Positions 1 to 14,505 of a DNA stretch of 64,000 bases are shown here, one piece after another. Both the position numbers and the translations under genes were made by a program. The stretch lies in contig OZ024742.1 in the NCBI GenBank assembly GCA_964016885.1, positions 110,794,001 through 110,858,000 on the forward strand, read 5' to 3'. Below the pieces are notes generated by a model. That model saw nothing but the letters and a program-made list of their open reading frames with translations, was not told where the DNA came from and searched no databases. The stretch comes from Eledone cirrhosa. Its lineage: Eukaryota. Positions within the stretch are counted from its first letter, which is position 1. Each line of letters opens with the position of its first letter.

Positions 1-258
1 CAGGTCAGGTCATATTCTATATTCCTCTTTCTATAACTATTTATTATTTCAGCTAGAGATGTTGTATTAGCTAGTGCGGCATTTTTAAAGCTATGTTTGT
101 GGGTATTAAATCTTACCTTAAATTTGTTAGAGGTAGCTCCTATATATCAATAAATTGAGTCCTTAGTGAAAACTTTACATTTATATACTATGTTATTAAC
201 AAGGCAATTTCCTTTTAATGGACAGTTTGCCTTGTTTCTACAGTTACAACTTTTCGTG
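1..258 (-). mobile_element. Penelope-like retroelement GIY-YIG endonuclease remnant (CxCx5C linker, probably Naiad-type), 5'-truncated and running off the window
   Basis: The minus strand reads [83 protein letters not shown]. This has the IVY...YIG...R..H GIY-YIG pattern with one in-frame stop, and abuts (TA)n. Confidence 0.9.
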
Positions 259-275
259 AATATATATATATATCG

Positions 276-359
<84 letters not shown>

Positions 360-406
360 TATATATAGACACATATATATACACACACATATATATATAT
401 ATATAT

Positions 407-960
407 ATAAAATATTAAACAAATAATGAATAAAACAATGAAACAGTTCCTTATATTAAACAAAAAAAGTTCATTATTTAACGATCGTTTCTAGGATATA
501 TATGTGTAAGAATTGGCATGCATATTCAACAGATCTATGTACAAAATTATACAAAATTATACAAACTATCAAGATTAAGTATACATACCAAACACACATA
601 TATGCCGTCTTCAGAAATTATTTCTGAAGACGGCATATATGTGTGTTTGGTATGTATATTTAATCTTGATAGTTTGTATAATTTTGTATAATTTTGTACA
701 TAGATCTGTTGAATATGCATGCCAATTCTAACACATATATATCCTAGAAACGATCGTTAAATAATGAACTTTTTTTGTTTAATATAAGGAACTGTTTCAT
801 TGTTTTATTCATTATTTGTTTAATATTTTATCTTGACTCTGTATTCCGTTTATCTTTCACCGAAAGTGATTTTTCATTACATCTCTTCTTTCCATGATAT
901 CCGGAATACATTGAGTTCTTCATACGGATTGGACACTACCGTAAACTCTTGGTAGATTTA

Positions 961-962
<2 letters not shown>
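407..962 (+). mobile_element. Non-autonomous PLE-type palindromic element with hammerhead ribozyme
   Basis: Near-perfect inverted repeat 407-831 with 212-bp arms, centre at 619 and 2 mismatches seen. A ~130-nt unique tail follows, and (TA)n flanks both sides. Confidence 0.8.
617..765 (+). ncRNA. Type I hammerhead ribozyme with very long stem II (mirror copy on minus strand ~473-621)
   Basis: Stem I ATTATTT(617-623)/AAATAAT(759-765); core CTGAAGA 624-630; GAAA 747-750; palindromic stem III ACGATCGT; GUU with predicted cleavage after 758. Confidence 0.75.
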
Positions 963-1000
<38 letters not shown>

Positions 1001-2332
1001 TATATATACATATATATATATGTATGTATGTAAATGAATGTACATATATTTATATATTTGTATACGCTTTTCTTGTTATGTAAAAAACGGATAGAAAGAT
1101 GGATTAAAATATGCATACACTTACAGGCTCACACACGATCACGCGCACTGACACGTATATATATGTTGTCCATATGTAGTTTCACTACGAGAATCCACCA
1201 CACATTTAGAAAATATATCACTAGAAACCTACATAAATTTTGTTAACGTAACGTTTTTTTCTTTCTACGTGAATCGACGATCTTCAACATACGAAAGAAA
1301 TTCTAAATACATTTTGTAGCTGATTAATCTAATTTGCTTATCTAAGAGACAGCTAGAATATTTATCGTTTAGTAATATTCTTCTGAGACACATAACTGAC
1401 ACAATTGATAATTATCTAATCCACAGCGATGTCTTGACACAGAACGATAAATGTAATTTCACTGGCCAAGAAATTCAAACATTTGCGAAAGTGTATATGT
1501 GATAGTATCAGATAAATAAAATAAAATGAATATTATATATTTGGACTGTTCAATTATTTTGCTGAAGCATTAAAGGTTCATAAAATTTACCTACATCGGA
1601 GCATTGTATGGGAAATGAAATTTCTATGGTCGACTTGAACGACTAAACCCCTTTATGAGTGAGCTGCAGTATGGCCGCAAAATAATGATTACAATAAGTC
1701 TCTAGCCTTCTTCATCTCCAGCTTTCTATCACTTCTAATAATTTCGATTCATTCAGTTTCCTATAACTTCTTTTCCTGTCGGCACTATCTTTTTCGAAAA
1801 CGTTACAATCGCTAACACATAAATACCCATGTCTACATATATACGCATTATATATATATGATAAATGCCACTTCGTTACAGAAGATTGCCATTTCTTCAA
1901 CGAATTCCATGCTTTTCGAACCAGCACCAACTGCTGGCTGCTGGCCAGTTTGATAACTGAACATGCTTTGTTTAGGTTACCTTTTCTAGACACTTTCCAT
2001 GTGGTATGGGTGAGCATTGCGTCCTCAAAAAGGGCTTCTCAGAGGCTCAGGACTCCGCCGAAGTATGTTTCTGCTTAGGCTAACACTGCAGCGAGGTTAC
2101 GATAGGACTCGTTCCGCCTAAATCGTCAGAAAGGGATTTCTGACTTGCACTTGATAGCGAGTGCTGCGAAGACTGATACACTGGTCCTTTCAAAAAGCCT
2201 GTGCAGTAAATTCCACATGTAAGTGGTATTTCACTGAAGCAACTGGAACGTGTTCAAGCATGATAGAAGCCAGAGGGCTGAATTAAGTCGAGAATTGTAG
2301 GATATTCCTTCGTAACCGTCCCAGGAATACTT

Positions 2333-2428
2333 AGAAGAAGAAGAAGAAGAAGAAGAAGAAGAAGAAGAAGAAGAAGAAGAAGAAGAAGAAGAAGAAGAAG
2401 AAGATAATGATGATGATGATGAAGAAGA
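2333..2428. repeat. (GAA)n/(GAT)n microsatellite
   Basis: Direct tandem repeat in the sequence. Confidence 0.95.
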
Positions 2429-3649
2429 ATATATTTATACAGGTTAGAGCAATATGAGGAAATCGTATCTAAAGATTTATAATTACGCAACAGGTAACAT
2501 TTCAATCTATATAACAGCGATTACGAATCAATAAAATATGGGGAAACTCTTATGTACTGCCTTCTACGTCAATATTATATGTAAAGCAAGATTGTTCGTA
2601 CGTTGACCGCTAATAACACTAAATAAAATGGATAAAAATTAAGGTTGTTCGTGCATTTTCAATTAAACTGACCTCCATCAAGCTCGCTTCCGACTATATT
2701 CCGAAAATGGGGGGACCCTTGGGTATTCCCAGCCGCGGAGATTTCTTCAGTGCAAATAACAGTGCCGAGAAGGGAGGGGGACATCCGGAGTTACAGATAA
2801 GCGCCTCTCAGCCATTAAAATGTTTAGAAAAGCAATATCTTGATATTGAAGTATGTTTCGATCCTTCATCATTCTGTACTGTTGCGGAAAGCGTTGTAAG
2901 CTTAATTGATTATGTGTTCCCCAATTTTCATTTCAAAGAGCAATATATGCATTTCAAAGAGCAATCCTTGCCCCCCCCCCCCCCCAAAAAAAACCCCCAC
3001 AAAAAAACAAAAAACATCACAGTGCATGTCATCAACAAAATATCTTACAAATAATCCCGGGATATACCTATTTACGTAAAACATTGTATATACTGAAGTT
3101 CTGCAAATCTATAACGCAATAAAGGGAGGAGTGCGGGACAGCGTCCGCTTTATAATTTTTTATCCCGTTAGTAAAATAAGTTGGATTACTTTGAATAAAT
3201 AATGAATGAATATTATGTAATTTATGTACTAAATTTTGTAGCTCTTGATTAAACATAAATATTCTTATATATAAAGTGTTGCTTATTTTAAAATTCACTT
3301 CTTTAAAATTTTCAAATGTCAATACTTCCGGTTAGCGTCCGTTATATTATAACACTTATTACATCGCTTATATAAACGTTCAAATATTTGCATCGTTATA
3401 TAAGGTTTATATGTAGGTCAGTAATTTTCTACATTTTCGTTTTAATAACATTTTAGTTTATTATATATGCAGTTTATATATAATATCATCTTTTTTTTCG
3501 TGTATCATGGATTACTTTACTGATTACAGAAGAGAGTGTAACATACTTTGTTCAATTTCTGTGCATATTTTCAATTACAATTTCATTTGTCGTATCATAT
3601 CTACATGCATATATATTTGCATATGATATCAATATGCACACTACACATG

Positions 3650-3688
3650 CTAGCAGAAAACCACTCGAAGGGGGATTTTTCTGCTAGT
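3650..3688 (+). mobile_element. Probable Helitron-like 3' terminus
   Basis: A GC-rich hairpin CCACTCGAAGGGG lies about 10 nt before CTAG|T, enclosed by the inverted repeat CTAGCAGAAAA/TTTTCTGCTAG. The 5' end was not identified. Confidence 0.4.
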
Positions 3689-6600
3689 GTTTTATAATTT
3701 TCGTAGAATACATTTTTCTATTATTTTCATTATTACTTTCTGCATTAAGATATTCTAAATACATTAAAAAAATTGTTATGCAATATCTAAATATCTTTTA
3801 ACATCTTTTATTCTAAGGAGAATGAATAATACGACAGATGACAATAGGTGCTTTATGAATAGATTTGAGTACAGTAGAGACCGGTGCGAATATGTATGCG
3901 AATGTACACGCGTCTCTGAATTTTTTGTTGTTGTGTGTATGGGGATTTTTACGCACATCTATATATACCCGCACACACATGCACGTGCATATGCATATAT
4001 ATACACATACATGTGCACGTGTGTACAAGGCAGTGAGTTTGTGTGATATAGTTAATCTGTGTATGTGAATGGTGTTTTGTAAATATCTTGGTTTTTCGTG
4101 GCGGTTGAGTATTAAAACCTTGGCTATTTTATGAAGCATCTCGATGAGAAAGTGGTCAGGGGAGAGGCTGTGTGTGGTGTACAAAAAACAGAAGTGGTAT
4201 GAGGTGAAGGTGTGGTGTGAAGACGTAAGAACTGTGGTGGTAATGTGTGTATGTATTTGTAGTAAAGAAGTGTAGTGTGAATGTATGAGTTGACCGTGTA
4301 ATGTGGATGGGCATGCTAGTGTGATTAGTTAAGATCAATGAAATGTGTATAATTGTGTTATAGTGTTGGTGTGTCCATGTACGCGTGTGGGTAGGTGTGT
4401 TAGTGGCTGTTGGGCATGGTGTGTGGGTTTTGGTGTGAGAGTGGTCTGTTAGTATAATTGATTAATTAATTAGTAATGTTAGTAGATTAAATGGTTGTGT
4501 TCGTGTGTGTTTTTTCGTATGTATGTCTGTTAGTGAGTCTAGATACGTGGGTGTCTTGGTGAAGTAGTAGTACACATGTTTTGGTGTGTGAATATATCGT
4601 TTACGTAGCGTTCAGGAAGATTCAGCGTAAAACGAGTGTGATAAGCCCTGTCATTTACAGGTACAATCCATCGGGAAACAAGATGTCGTCATCAAGGACA
4701 CAAGGCGCCACCAGAATTACAACTCCCAACCTTACGATCGTGAATCGAATTCTAATCCCTAAGCCACGCCCCATCGCTATATGCATATATATCTATATGC
4801 TTATATATACAGATAAGTCCGCATATTCATTTACATATAGAATATTTGTACTTTTAAGGGCAAAAACGTGTTCAGGAAGAGATATACGCCTCACATACCG
4901 ACGCATGCATGTATATATATATATATATACGCCACGCCCGAACTTATATATACGTCTAATACATACATATGTATTAAGTATATATTTCATATAATTTTTT
5001 TCATTTATGAATGCCAGGTTTAATACTCGTCTATAAAGCCTGTTAATACACTTGATGTTAAGTCACGCGAAATTTCTAACGAAATGACGTAATGACGAAA
5101 AGTGTAATATTATTCCTATGTTAAGTGTTATTGAAACATGAACGAAGCTTACAATATTGAAGATATTAATTGAAGCTATTTGTTTCCAATATGGTATTGA
5201 AGTACGCCGAATGAAATAATTTAGAAAATTAGCTTCACTAATGACGGTGGTGTTGGAACTGAGTATTCGATTGATTTAACGCTGATGGGAGAGAATTTAA
5301 GTGTTGGTATTTGACTGAGTGTAAAACATGGCGGTTGAAGAGAACGTGAGGTGTTATTTCTCTTTCTATGCCTTTATTTATCAATATGGTCATAGTTTTT
5401 TAACGATACTTTGTAAGTAGGGTTATGTGATTTGACGGTAAATGTTTAGTTTGTGTCTACGCCAATGATGTTATCCAAGAGAAAGGTAAATGCTGACAGA
5501 AGTTCACATCAATGACATTGTAGGGGAAAGATACCGTAAAGGATTTTAGCTAATGCTCGAACAATACAAACGTGGAATGGTACTCTATCGGCCCAAAAGA
5601 GAATGAAAAGTAAAGTTGAGTTCAACAGGATTTGAACTCAAATTAAATAGTTTCGGAGCAAATACCACAATCGCTTTCAATTCGACGGTTTAATAAGTTT
5701 GTTATAAGTACATCCAAATCATTTCTGATCACATGACCTTAAAACAAAAATAATTATGTCAGTGAGAGGCGTTCTGCTAGGAAAACACTATTGCGGAGTT
5801 GGGATCCTGCAGAATTGACTTCTGAAATATATGTAATAATACCCAATATATTTTACTTAATTAAGCAGCAGTCAGATCACTCCAAACCGTAATAAAGTAT
5901 ATATATTGAATAATGCAGCCCTATGTACACGTTGAAAAACACACAGCGGGATCAAATGTTTGTAGGGAGAAGTCCACAAAAATAACAATCTCGTGTTGTC
6001 ATATAATTCAAATTTATATCAATTCAGTTTAAATGTGAATATTATGGATTGTTGGCTAGTAGATGCAGAGACACTGATTGGTTAACACATCACACGCAGC
6101 AGATTTCGAGTATCATGCGACTGCGTTGCAGCATTGATAGGTACTTTTGTATAGACACAAACTGTTTGGAAACCAGCATTATCACTCACAATCTACCCCA
6201 TTGCGTCTATCTGAGATTTATGTTTATGCTACATTAGTACATTAGTTACATTAGTTTTGATTTAGTTGGATGTTCTCTTCATTGGGCAACTGGAAAAGCC
6301 ATTCTCATTACTATTGAGTTTTACTGCAACATTTGATGATGTATACTATGATTAAACTAACTGTTATATTGGTCGTAGAATTTGCGTAAATGTTATTCTT
6401 TAACTTCAGGCTGCCACGAAAGGTCTTCCAGCCGTGAACACCAGGTCTAGTTTTGAGTGGCACTGTATCTAGGACTATATTACGCAATGTGTTCTTTTAA
6501 TCGTAAGAAAATAGGATGTGATAATTATTCACATACATTACGCGTTTGTAAATAATTGCGTTTTTGGTTATAGATTTTGAAGAAACCAATCACTAGTTAT

Positions 6601-8702
6601 CTGATCCGAGTGGAATATTACTATTTCTAGCAGGTTTCATGAATACACAGAACATGTCTCTCGTTCACTGTGTGTGTATTTATTTGGCAGAGAAATGATT
6701 GAAATAATTCTCATTATAATTTGTTTTTATAACATATTGTCTGGAATATTGTGATAACTAGTTTTATTGTCAGTCTAATTTATATATTAGAAACTACTCC
6801 CGTGTGAAGTGTTTTGATAAGGACCAACTTTACTCAGATTGCAATCTTACTTTTACATTATAAGTATCTCAAGCAGAGAATATTTGTTTAATTTTTCTGT
6901 ATTTTCTGATTAGGAAAAGACGCGATATTAACGCCAATAAAATATAGATGATAATTTAAATTGTTTACATTTTAAACAATACGTATATAGGTTGGTTGAC
7001 GTTAAGTAGATGGAGAAGATAATTCCTCATTTGAGACGTCAAACTAGGCGCATAAAAGGCAGTGTTGTTAAAACTTTCGCTTTGTAAATATTTGGTTTTG
7101 GGTACGATCTTACTACGTGCTTTCTTAAGGCAAGTAATGTTAACATGATGTCGGCTTAACCACATATATGCGAGTGGAATTCGTAGACTGAATCTGTGTG
7201 GAGGTGCATTGATGACGATGCGTTATTGTTTTGTCGATGTATCGTTTCATCCATTGAAATATTTAACAACACAATTTGGTCTATTGCTACTATTTGTGGT
7301 TATCATTCGTACACGAGAAGCTTGATCTCTGATCTGAGGATTATTACATCAGCTTGAAAGGTGTCAAATATATTGTGCCTCTGACAAAGTCACTGAAACA
7401 CATTAACAAACCAATTACTGAACTGATCAAATAATTATTCAATTCATAGATAATAAATCTGCAGTGAAACGCAATCAGTGCATGTGACTTATTTGACAGT
7501 ATGTGTATCCCGAAGTATAACAGTATATGTTTCGACACACGATTTCTCATTAACAATCTTGTAAAACAAATGTAACAAGGAAATGCTTCAATTTTGACAT
7601 ATGCATCGTAGAGACAGAATCTATTTTTGATCAACTGGCTTTGCGGTGATAAAAGATTTGGAGTTCCATTTCACTGTACGGTCTCTTGAGCAGATCTCGT
7701 GATTGAAACATAGTAAAGAGAAATCGTGTGGAAGACTTGAATAGTGAATGTATCTATTTCACGGTGGTATTTTGCATCCAATATCTGATATAATATCACT
7801 AACCGGCACTTGAGTGACCTTAGTGGATTCCATTTCGTTGCAGGCATTTAACCAGGTCTCATAACATAATGCCTTCTTCGAACCAGTCTCACAAACCATG
7901 AGAAATGTTATTGGTTCTTACCATCTTTAACTTGACTAATCTACACACAGAGAAGAAATGTTATTTTATCAAGTAAATACCTTTTAATGTATTGACAGTC
8001 AAATGAATGTGATTGCTATACTGAACATAAAATCTAGGGGTAATAATGAAAGAGCACAAAAAAGTGTCTATTTGATTGATTAAATTTGGTACGCTTTGCC
8101 TACACATTCACCAGCCAGCAATCTGTTGAGGGTTCCGGTTTATTGTACATGAGATCCAATATATGTCAATGCCGAGCATTGTGGAATCTACAATTGGATA
8201 ACACAGCTGCATTGTTTTGTTTAGCCGTCGAAGCCCTTGCACATCCGTTTCCTCACCAACTTGACAATAAGATACATTGGTACCGTGATATGTTAACGAA
8301 GATGATAGGTGTTGCAGCCATGATCAGACATCACAACCGTTAAAATTATGTAACCTAATCTTGCCTGTTCTTCATTAATATATTTTAATTGATAGCAACA
8401 TTCTTCTTATACTCCAAACTTCTAAATTTACCAAAATGTATTTATTTGCTGAGCATATTAGAACACATTACACATATTTTAATGCTTCAATAAATGATAT
8501 TTTGGCTTTTTAATATAAAATATTAAAGGAAATGATACAATACTTACGCATATATCTAATAAATAGAATTTAAGTTTGTAATTTTGCATTCATTTAAAAA
8601 TCTAATTCTAACTTCACGAAGCAACAAGCTAGATTTAACAGTGCACATTTTGGGAATCAGCTCTCTAGCCAAAAAATATTTCCAATTTAAAAAAAATAAA
8701 TA

Positions 8703-9238
8703 AAAAAAAATTAGTATTGGTGCTCCAACATAGCGTTATACACATGTATTCAGGATGTTTATAAAAAAAACATTTGACAGCCTTCTGCTATGAATGTTTT
8801 GCGGTTGTGACCACTGTCACACATCCCCAGTCTCAGCAAAAAACCAGGGAAAACTACCGACGCTGTTGTTTCTCAACAGTTATTGGTTGTCAAGGCTGCA
8901 TATTCATCTAGTTTCCACTGAGACAAAAGTAGACTAGAATCTCTAAGATTTCTCGTCTTATAAGCAGCATAAGCAGTAGAAGCGCATTTGCATACGGAGT
9001 ACTAGCCGGTCAGGCTTAAGTAAAAAGAAATATCGGTTGCTTCCCTTGTGTTTTGCTGAAACGAAGGGTATGTGATGGTAGTCATAACCTTAAAAAATTC
9101 ATAGAGCAACGCTGTCAAATGTTTTTCATAAACATTCTGTATACAACACGTACATATATGTGTATAACGCTATGTAGAAGCACCAATACTATTTTTTAAA
9201 AATCTAAGCCTGGCCGACTACCGCTCTGTATGCAAATG
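8703..9238. repeat. Old diverged fold-back / MITE-like inverted repeat
   Basis: 8703-8860 is a diverged reverse complement of ~9033-9197 (e.g. AGTATTGGTGCT..CATAGCGTTATACACAT vs ATGTGTATAACGCTATG..AGCACCAATACT). A second IR pair lies at 8985-9018 / 9205-9238. Confidence 0.7.
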
Positions 9239-12200
9239 AAACAAATATGCTCAGTCCATCTCGTGAATGACACTGACCATAACAGCGCTCAATGTCATTC
9301 ACTTGATGAGGGATTGGGTATATTTATATTAAATCATGTACCTCATTGATTTAACTAGCGAAGGAATTTGCGTGAATCGCCATAATTAGTTACCTACTTA
9401 ACCTAAGTAATGATATTCTTCATCAAGTCTTAAACCTTTCGGTTTGTAATTTATGGGATAATAATATATCATGAATTTAATATATATTGAAGTTATGATC
9501 CCTTTTAAAATTTTCTTGGTTCTGGTTTCAGTATCCCTACACTGTATCGTAGACGTGTGTCTTCTACTATAGCTTCGAGTTGACCAATACTTTGTGATTG
9601 AAATTTAGTAGACGGAAACTAGAAAAGCCTGTCGTATATAAATACACGAATCTTCTATTAAAATAACAATAAAGTGTTAAATACATAATATTACAAACAA
9701 ATAAGGGAGGCTGTCAGAAATAACGATATTTCTGTCATATAAGTAAAAAGATTTACTCGCTCATGAAATCCCAACACCCGATTGAAACTGCATCGCCTGA
9801 TCTCTCTTTTTGGTCACGAAGATATGGTATATAAAGTCACGATACTTACACCTGTCTAAAAATATTTAATTAAAATTTGTCCTTTATTTTCGGAAGGCGT
9901 ACAAATGTCTTGCGGTAATTGTTAGCGACTATGGAAAACAAATGAGAAAATAATTTCAAGTAATTGAACGTTAATTTCATAGAAAATTGGATTTCTATCC
10001 TCACAGGACATTTTATTCCTTTTTATCAAGCAATGTTATATTTCAGGACACACCTTCGTCTCATTAAACACCACCAGAGAAGCATCGTCTTATTAAGCTT
10101 CTATTGCTGGAAATTATTTTAAAGTAGAAATATAGATGAGTAGAATATTGTGCAGTATAATTTGCTTAATTACAAAATATTATCCACTTGAAATGCCTTA
10201 GGTAAGCCAAATGCGCATGAATTTAAATAACTCAAGTAGGCAGAGATGAACTGTGGTGTAGACACAAAATTTTACACTAATCTCTATTTGCTACTTAGAT
10301 AAAGAAACAAATGAAAATCCCAGTGGCAATTATTAGCGGCTGTCAAATTGTAGGAGAGACGATTTCATGAAATTAAAAATTAATCCCCAGAAAATTAAAA
10401 TTTCATGGAACATATATTGTTGGTAGGAAACCTATAAGGTTGGACATGTTTCTGTCGTATTAGACATCAATTTCTGGCTAAAATTAATTTAGAACTCATT
10501 TTACCGTTGCCAAAAATCTCTGATAATTGATAAATACATATAACAAAAGGATCTGTGCTTTAAGGATTCTATGTGATTTATATTATAAGAGATACCTGTC
10601 GATAAAATATTGCAACATTGAATACGACGTTGTGAAAGAAGCCGTGATTCCTTTTATTGGATAATGCATGCTTGCACTGTTTAGTGAAATGTAACATTTG
10701 GGGAAGACTACTATAAAGCAGACATGATTTCACTCTAAATATAATCATGTGGTATAAAACAATTTTAACAAAAGAGAATGGATTATATAGATTAATGTTC
10801 TTTTTCATGTAACGTATTTAAAACCGTTTTTCTAATAGCTTTTAACATATTTTACATATATTTTCTCCTATTTTTTAAATTTTGTTTCCAAATAAAGTCT
10901 TACATTAAATAAACAATAGCTATGTTTGTTGAAAACATTTACCAACATACTGTTCAATGGTGATCTTAGAACGCTCTAGGCAACAAGACAACATAGAGTG
11001 TAATGGAAATCATTCTATTACGCATTAATGCACGTACATACACATAACACCACAGCGAGACGCACAATAATCGCAATGAGGCTACTGATAATATAGCTAA
11101 AGTAGACTGGATTTTAGGAGGAAGACGATGAAGATGGAGCAGAATGAATGATATACGAAAAGTTCAGGTTGATACGATAACTAATTCTTAGACTGATATA
11201 TGTGCAGAAATTAGGAATAACATGATAGAATCGATTGAAATGACTACCTGAGTGAGGCGTTTTGTACTAAAGTTTTGCTCCTCGAAGAAATAAAATCTAA
11301 GTAACGTTTTGTACTATTTTACTTAAGGATGTAAAAGATTCACCAAAATACCACCCGGAATCTTATCATTGTTGGTGGGATCTACGTCAGTTTGCGGCGA
11401 AGAGTAACCAGGTATTAGATCAGATGAATTCCTACTTGTGAAATAAACGAATAAAAGGCTGAGGGTTCCACTTTTAATTCTATTTTTACATAACTCAAAT
11501 ACCAGATCAGTGTGTGAAGTCTTGATCTCTGAAGAAAGTGTAGAATTGAGAAAGAATGTGTGCAAAAGATAGAGAAAGAAAAGTCTATCTTTGTTTAAGA
11601 TGAGTTTTATATCGATTTCAATATAGGGAAAAGGGAGTCGAAACGAATACGGTAGGGAATTCTTCCTAAAGCTCTAAGGGATCTGGTACGGTAATCACAC
11701 TAGGTATACTGATTGTGCGACTCTACTGTTCTTTATGTTGCTGATAATGATTTTGAACACTAGAAAGATAAAGCCTCACGATTCGATTGTGACATCAGTT
11801 GGTTTGTCTGGATTAAATATGTCAATGCTTTATTTCATCGGCCTCTGAATGATAAAAGAAAGTGTCCTACCTATGGGATTAGAAATCAACGATAATTTCA
11901 TAACTAAATAATTGCAGGTAATTTCTTTCGTCGCTATATTGTTTTGCCTCTCCATCTCTTCAATGACGATAAGGAAAACTTCACCACAATAACACAGGAT
12001 CACATATATTGAGGTGTTGGTGTATCATATTAAATAATGCATAAACGTCACTTATGGTATCACACCTCGAAGTAATGAGGTTTCAAATGTAATAAACCCA
12101 AATTCAGAAGAAAATCCATGCGAGTTAATGATTCTGACACTCACCGCCCCCAACGATTTTGTCTGCTACTATTTTAATATAAAACTAATATAAAATATTA

Positions 12201-12326
12201 ACAGTATCTGAACAAATAGTGTTATTTATAAAATGTAGATGATTGTGGGGAGATCGTAGAGGAAGAGAAAATACTTAATTTCTTTAGAAATTATTTTTTT
12301 CGGAAGTGATCGATTCCTGATAGATA

Positions 12327-12500
12327 ATAATTGTTTTTACTTTTGGCACAAGGCCAGTGTGTTACTGGTACTTTATTTTATCGACCCCATAAGGATGAAA
12401 GGCAAAGTTAACCTCGGCGGGATTTGAACTCAGAATGGCAAGGGCCGTAACTCTATGCGTCAAAGTATGGCATCCGACCCTCTACCGATACTGCCAATCC
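12327..12500 (-). mobile_element. SINE family A copy
   Basis: Reverse complement of the ~185-bp unit TGGCAGTATCGGTAGAG...GAGTTCAAATCC (B-box-like)...CTTTGCCTTTCATCCTTACGGGGTCGATAAAATAAAGTACCAG...GGCCTTGTGCC..AAACAATTAT. The central part resembles the Nin/Deu SINE domain, from memory. Confidence 0.9.
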
Positions 12501-12753
12501 AATAATGAAGGAGAGAAATGGCGTTTGAAAACCATATTTATTAATATACATAACGTGAGAGGTTTTATCAAATATTATTGTTACGATTACATCAGAAAAC
12601 AAACAAACGTAACTATGGAAAGAAATGAAGACATAATCTATCTATAATATTCAACTAGGACACGGTTACGTCGGTAAGAGTTCGATAAATTCTAATGTAT
12701 TGTACTACATGGGTATTTTACATACCAGATAAAAGTAACTATAACTGGGCTTG

Positions 12754-12854
<101 letters not shown>

Positions 12855-13008
12855 TATATACACACACACTCAATGTGTGTGAGTGTATATATATATATAT
12901 ATATGTATAGGACTAAAACAAAATTGCTGATTTTAGGCTTCGTCCAGACTTTAGTCATGTAGTTTTGTTCACACTATATTTATAAAATATTTTGTCTATA
13001 TAGATCAC

Positions 13009-13188
13009 TGGCAGTATCGGTAGAGAGTCGGACGCCATGCTTTCCAGCATAGTTACGTCCCTTTACGATCTGAGTTCAAATCCCGCCGAGGTTGACTTTG
13101 CCTTTCATCCTTACAGGGTCGATAAAATAAAGTACCAGTAATACACTGGGTAATTGCTGGCCTTGTGCCTAAAAGTAGAAACAATTAT
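13009..13188 (+). mobile_element. SINE family A copy
   Basis: Nearly identical to the copies at 42248 and 55259. Confidence 0.9.
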
Positions 13189-14322
13189 CTATAAAGATTA
13201 TTAAAAATATATCGGTGTGATATTTTAGATTTAGATAAATGATGGGATGTGTATGGCTTGACTAATTATTAGTTGAAGTGATTGTGAGAGCTCTGTAACA
13301 ATGAAAATTAATTAGTCTCTCTAAATAATTTGTGTACAATATTAGTCTTCCTCGAAATTACTAGATATGTTCATCTCATCATACAGTAAATATTGTCATA
13401 AACTGAGATCTTCGAATCTAGGCCAACAACTTCCTAGAAATAGAAGGCATCATATCCTCAAATCGTACTCTACCATTTTATATGAAGAATAATAAATACA
13501 GTTGACTAGTTATTCCTTTATATACGTAAAGAAAAATAGGATGGTCATGGTTGGAACGGTTCTGTTTGATGCCTGAATTGGAGACAATTATTAGTAGCTC
13601 TCTTCGATTTGAACCAAAAAGTAGCCTCTAAATGGTCAGTCTACTTGTTAGAAATAGCAGTCAAATCTCCCACAAATAACGCACTACGAATTTTAAAACA
13701 AAGCAAAATATTAAGATAGGGCAATCCAGCTACATATATAATGTCTGACTATAGAAGGAAGAGGAGGTGGTTTCTGCTGACTTCATCACATGTGAATATA
13801 AGTAAGCTTCACGAGGGATAAACCAAATGGGTATATGTTATATGGTTGCTCAACTTACTCAATCAGCAGCGAAATCATCACTAAATTCATTCCTACCATC
13901 CTAAAATCAGAATGGCATGCTGCATTATGTGTTCATAGAAACTTGATGTCTGGAAATTAGAACCCCCCCCCCCCACCCACCCAGACAAACAGTATGTACA
14001 CTTATATGGACCCATACACTATGTTTACGTATAATATACATACATTTAATGTATATATTATACAGGGGTTAGTAATTGTCAATACAACTTTATTCTGGAT
14101 CACGCTTTGTTGGTTACCCCAATTCCAAGGCAGCTGTGATATGCTTACAAGTTAGAATACAGAAAACAAACTAAATGCGGGTTTATTATACAAAACCACA
14201 TATGGGTCCATACATTCCCTTATTCTGAATCATGTTGTGTTAGGGCTGTCACCACATAATCTTAGTATGGTCGCATTTGTAAAGACTTTGATTACAGGTC
14301 TGTTTAATTAAGTTTAGCAAAA

Positions 14323-14505
14323 ATAATTGTTTCTACTTTTTGCACAAGGTCAGCTATTGCCCCAGTGTATTACTGGTACTTTATTTTATCGACCCCGTAA
14401 GGATGAAAGGCAAAGTTAACTTCGGCGGGATTTGAACTCAGAATGTCAAGGGCCGTAACTCAATGCGTCAAAGCATGGTGTACGACCCTCTACCGATACT
14501 GCCAA
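14323..14505 (-). mobile_element. SINE family A copy
   Basis: Full-length reverse-complement copy that shares variant bases with 12327-12500. Confidence 0.9.

Noticed and set aside
147-149. In-frame TGA in the PLE endonuclease as a possible selenocysteine codon (some Naiad PLEs are reported to encode selenoproteins)
   Set aside because: It is not at a conserved Cys position, the copy is truncated, and no SECIS is visible. An ordinary nonsense mutation is simpler.
11323-11430. Possible terminal exon NSSDLIPGYSSPQTDVDPTNNDKIPGGILVNLLHP on the minus strand
   Set aside because: An acceptor is plausible, but there is no recognisable homology or partner exon.
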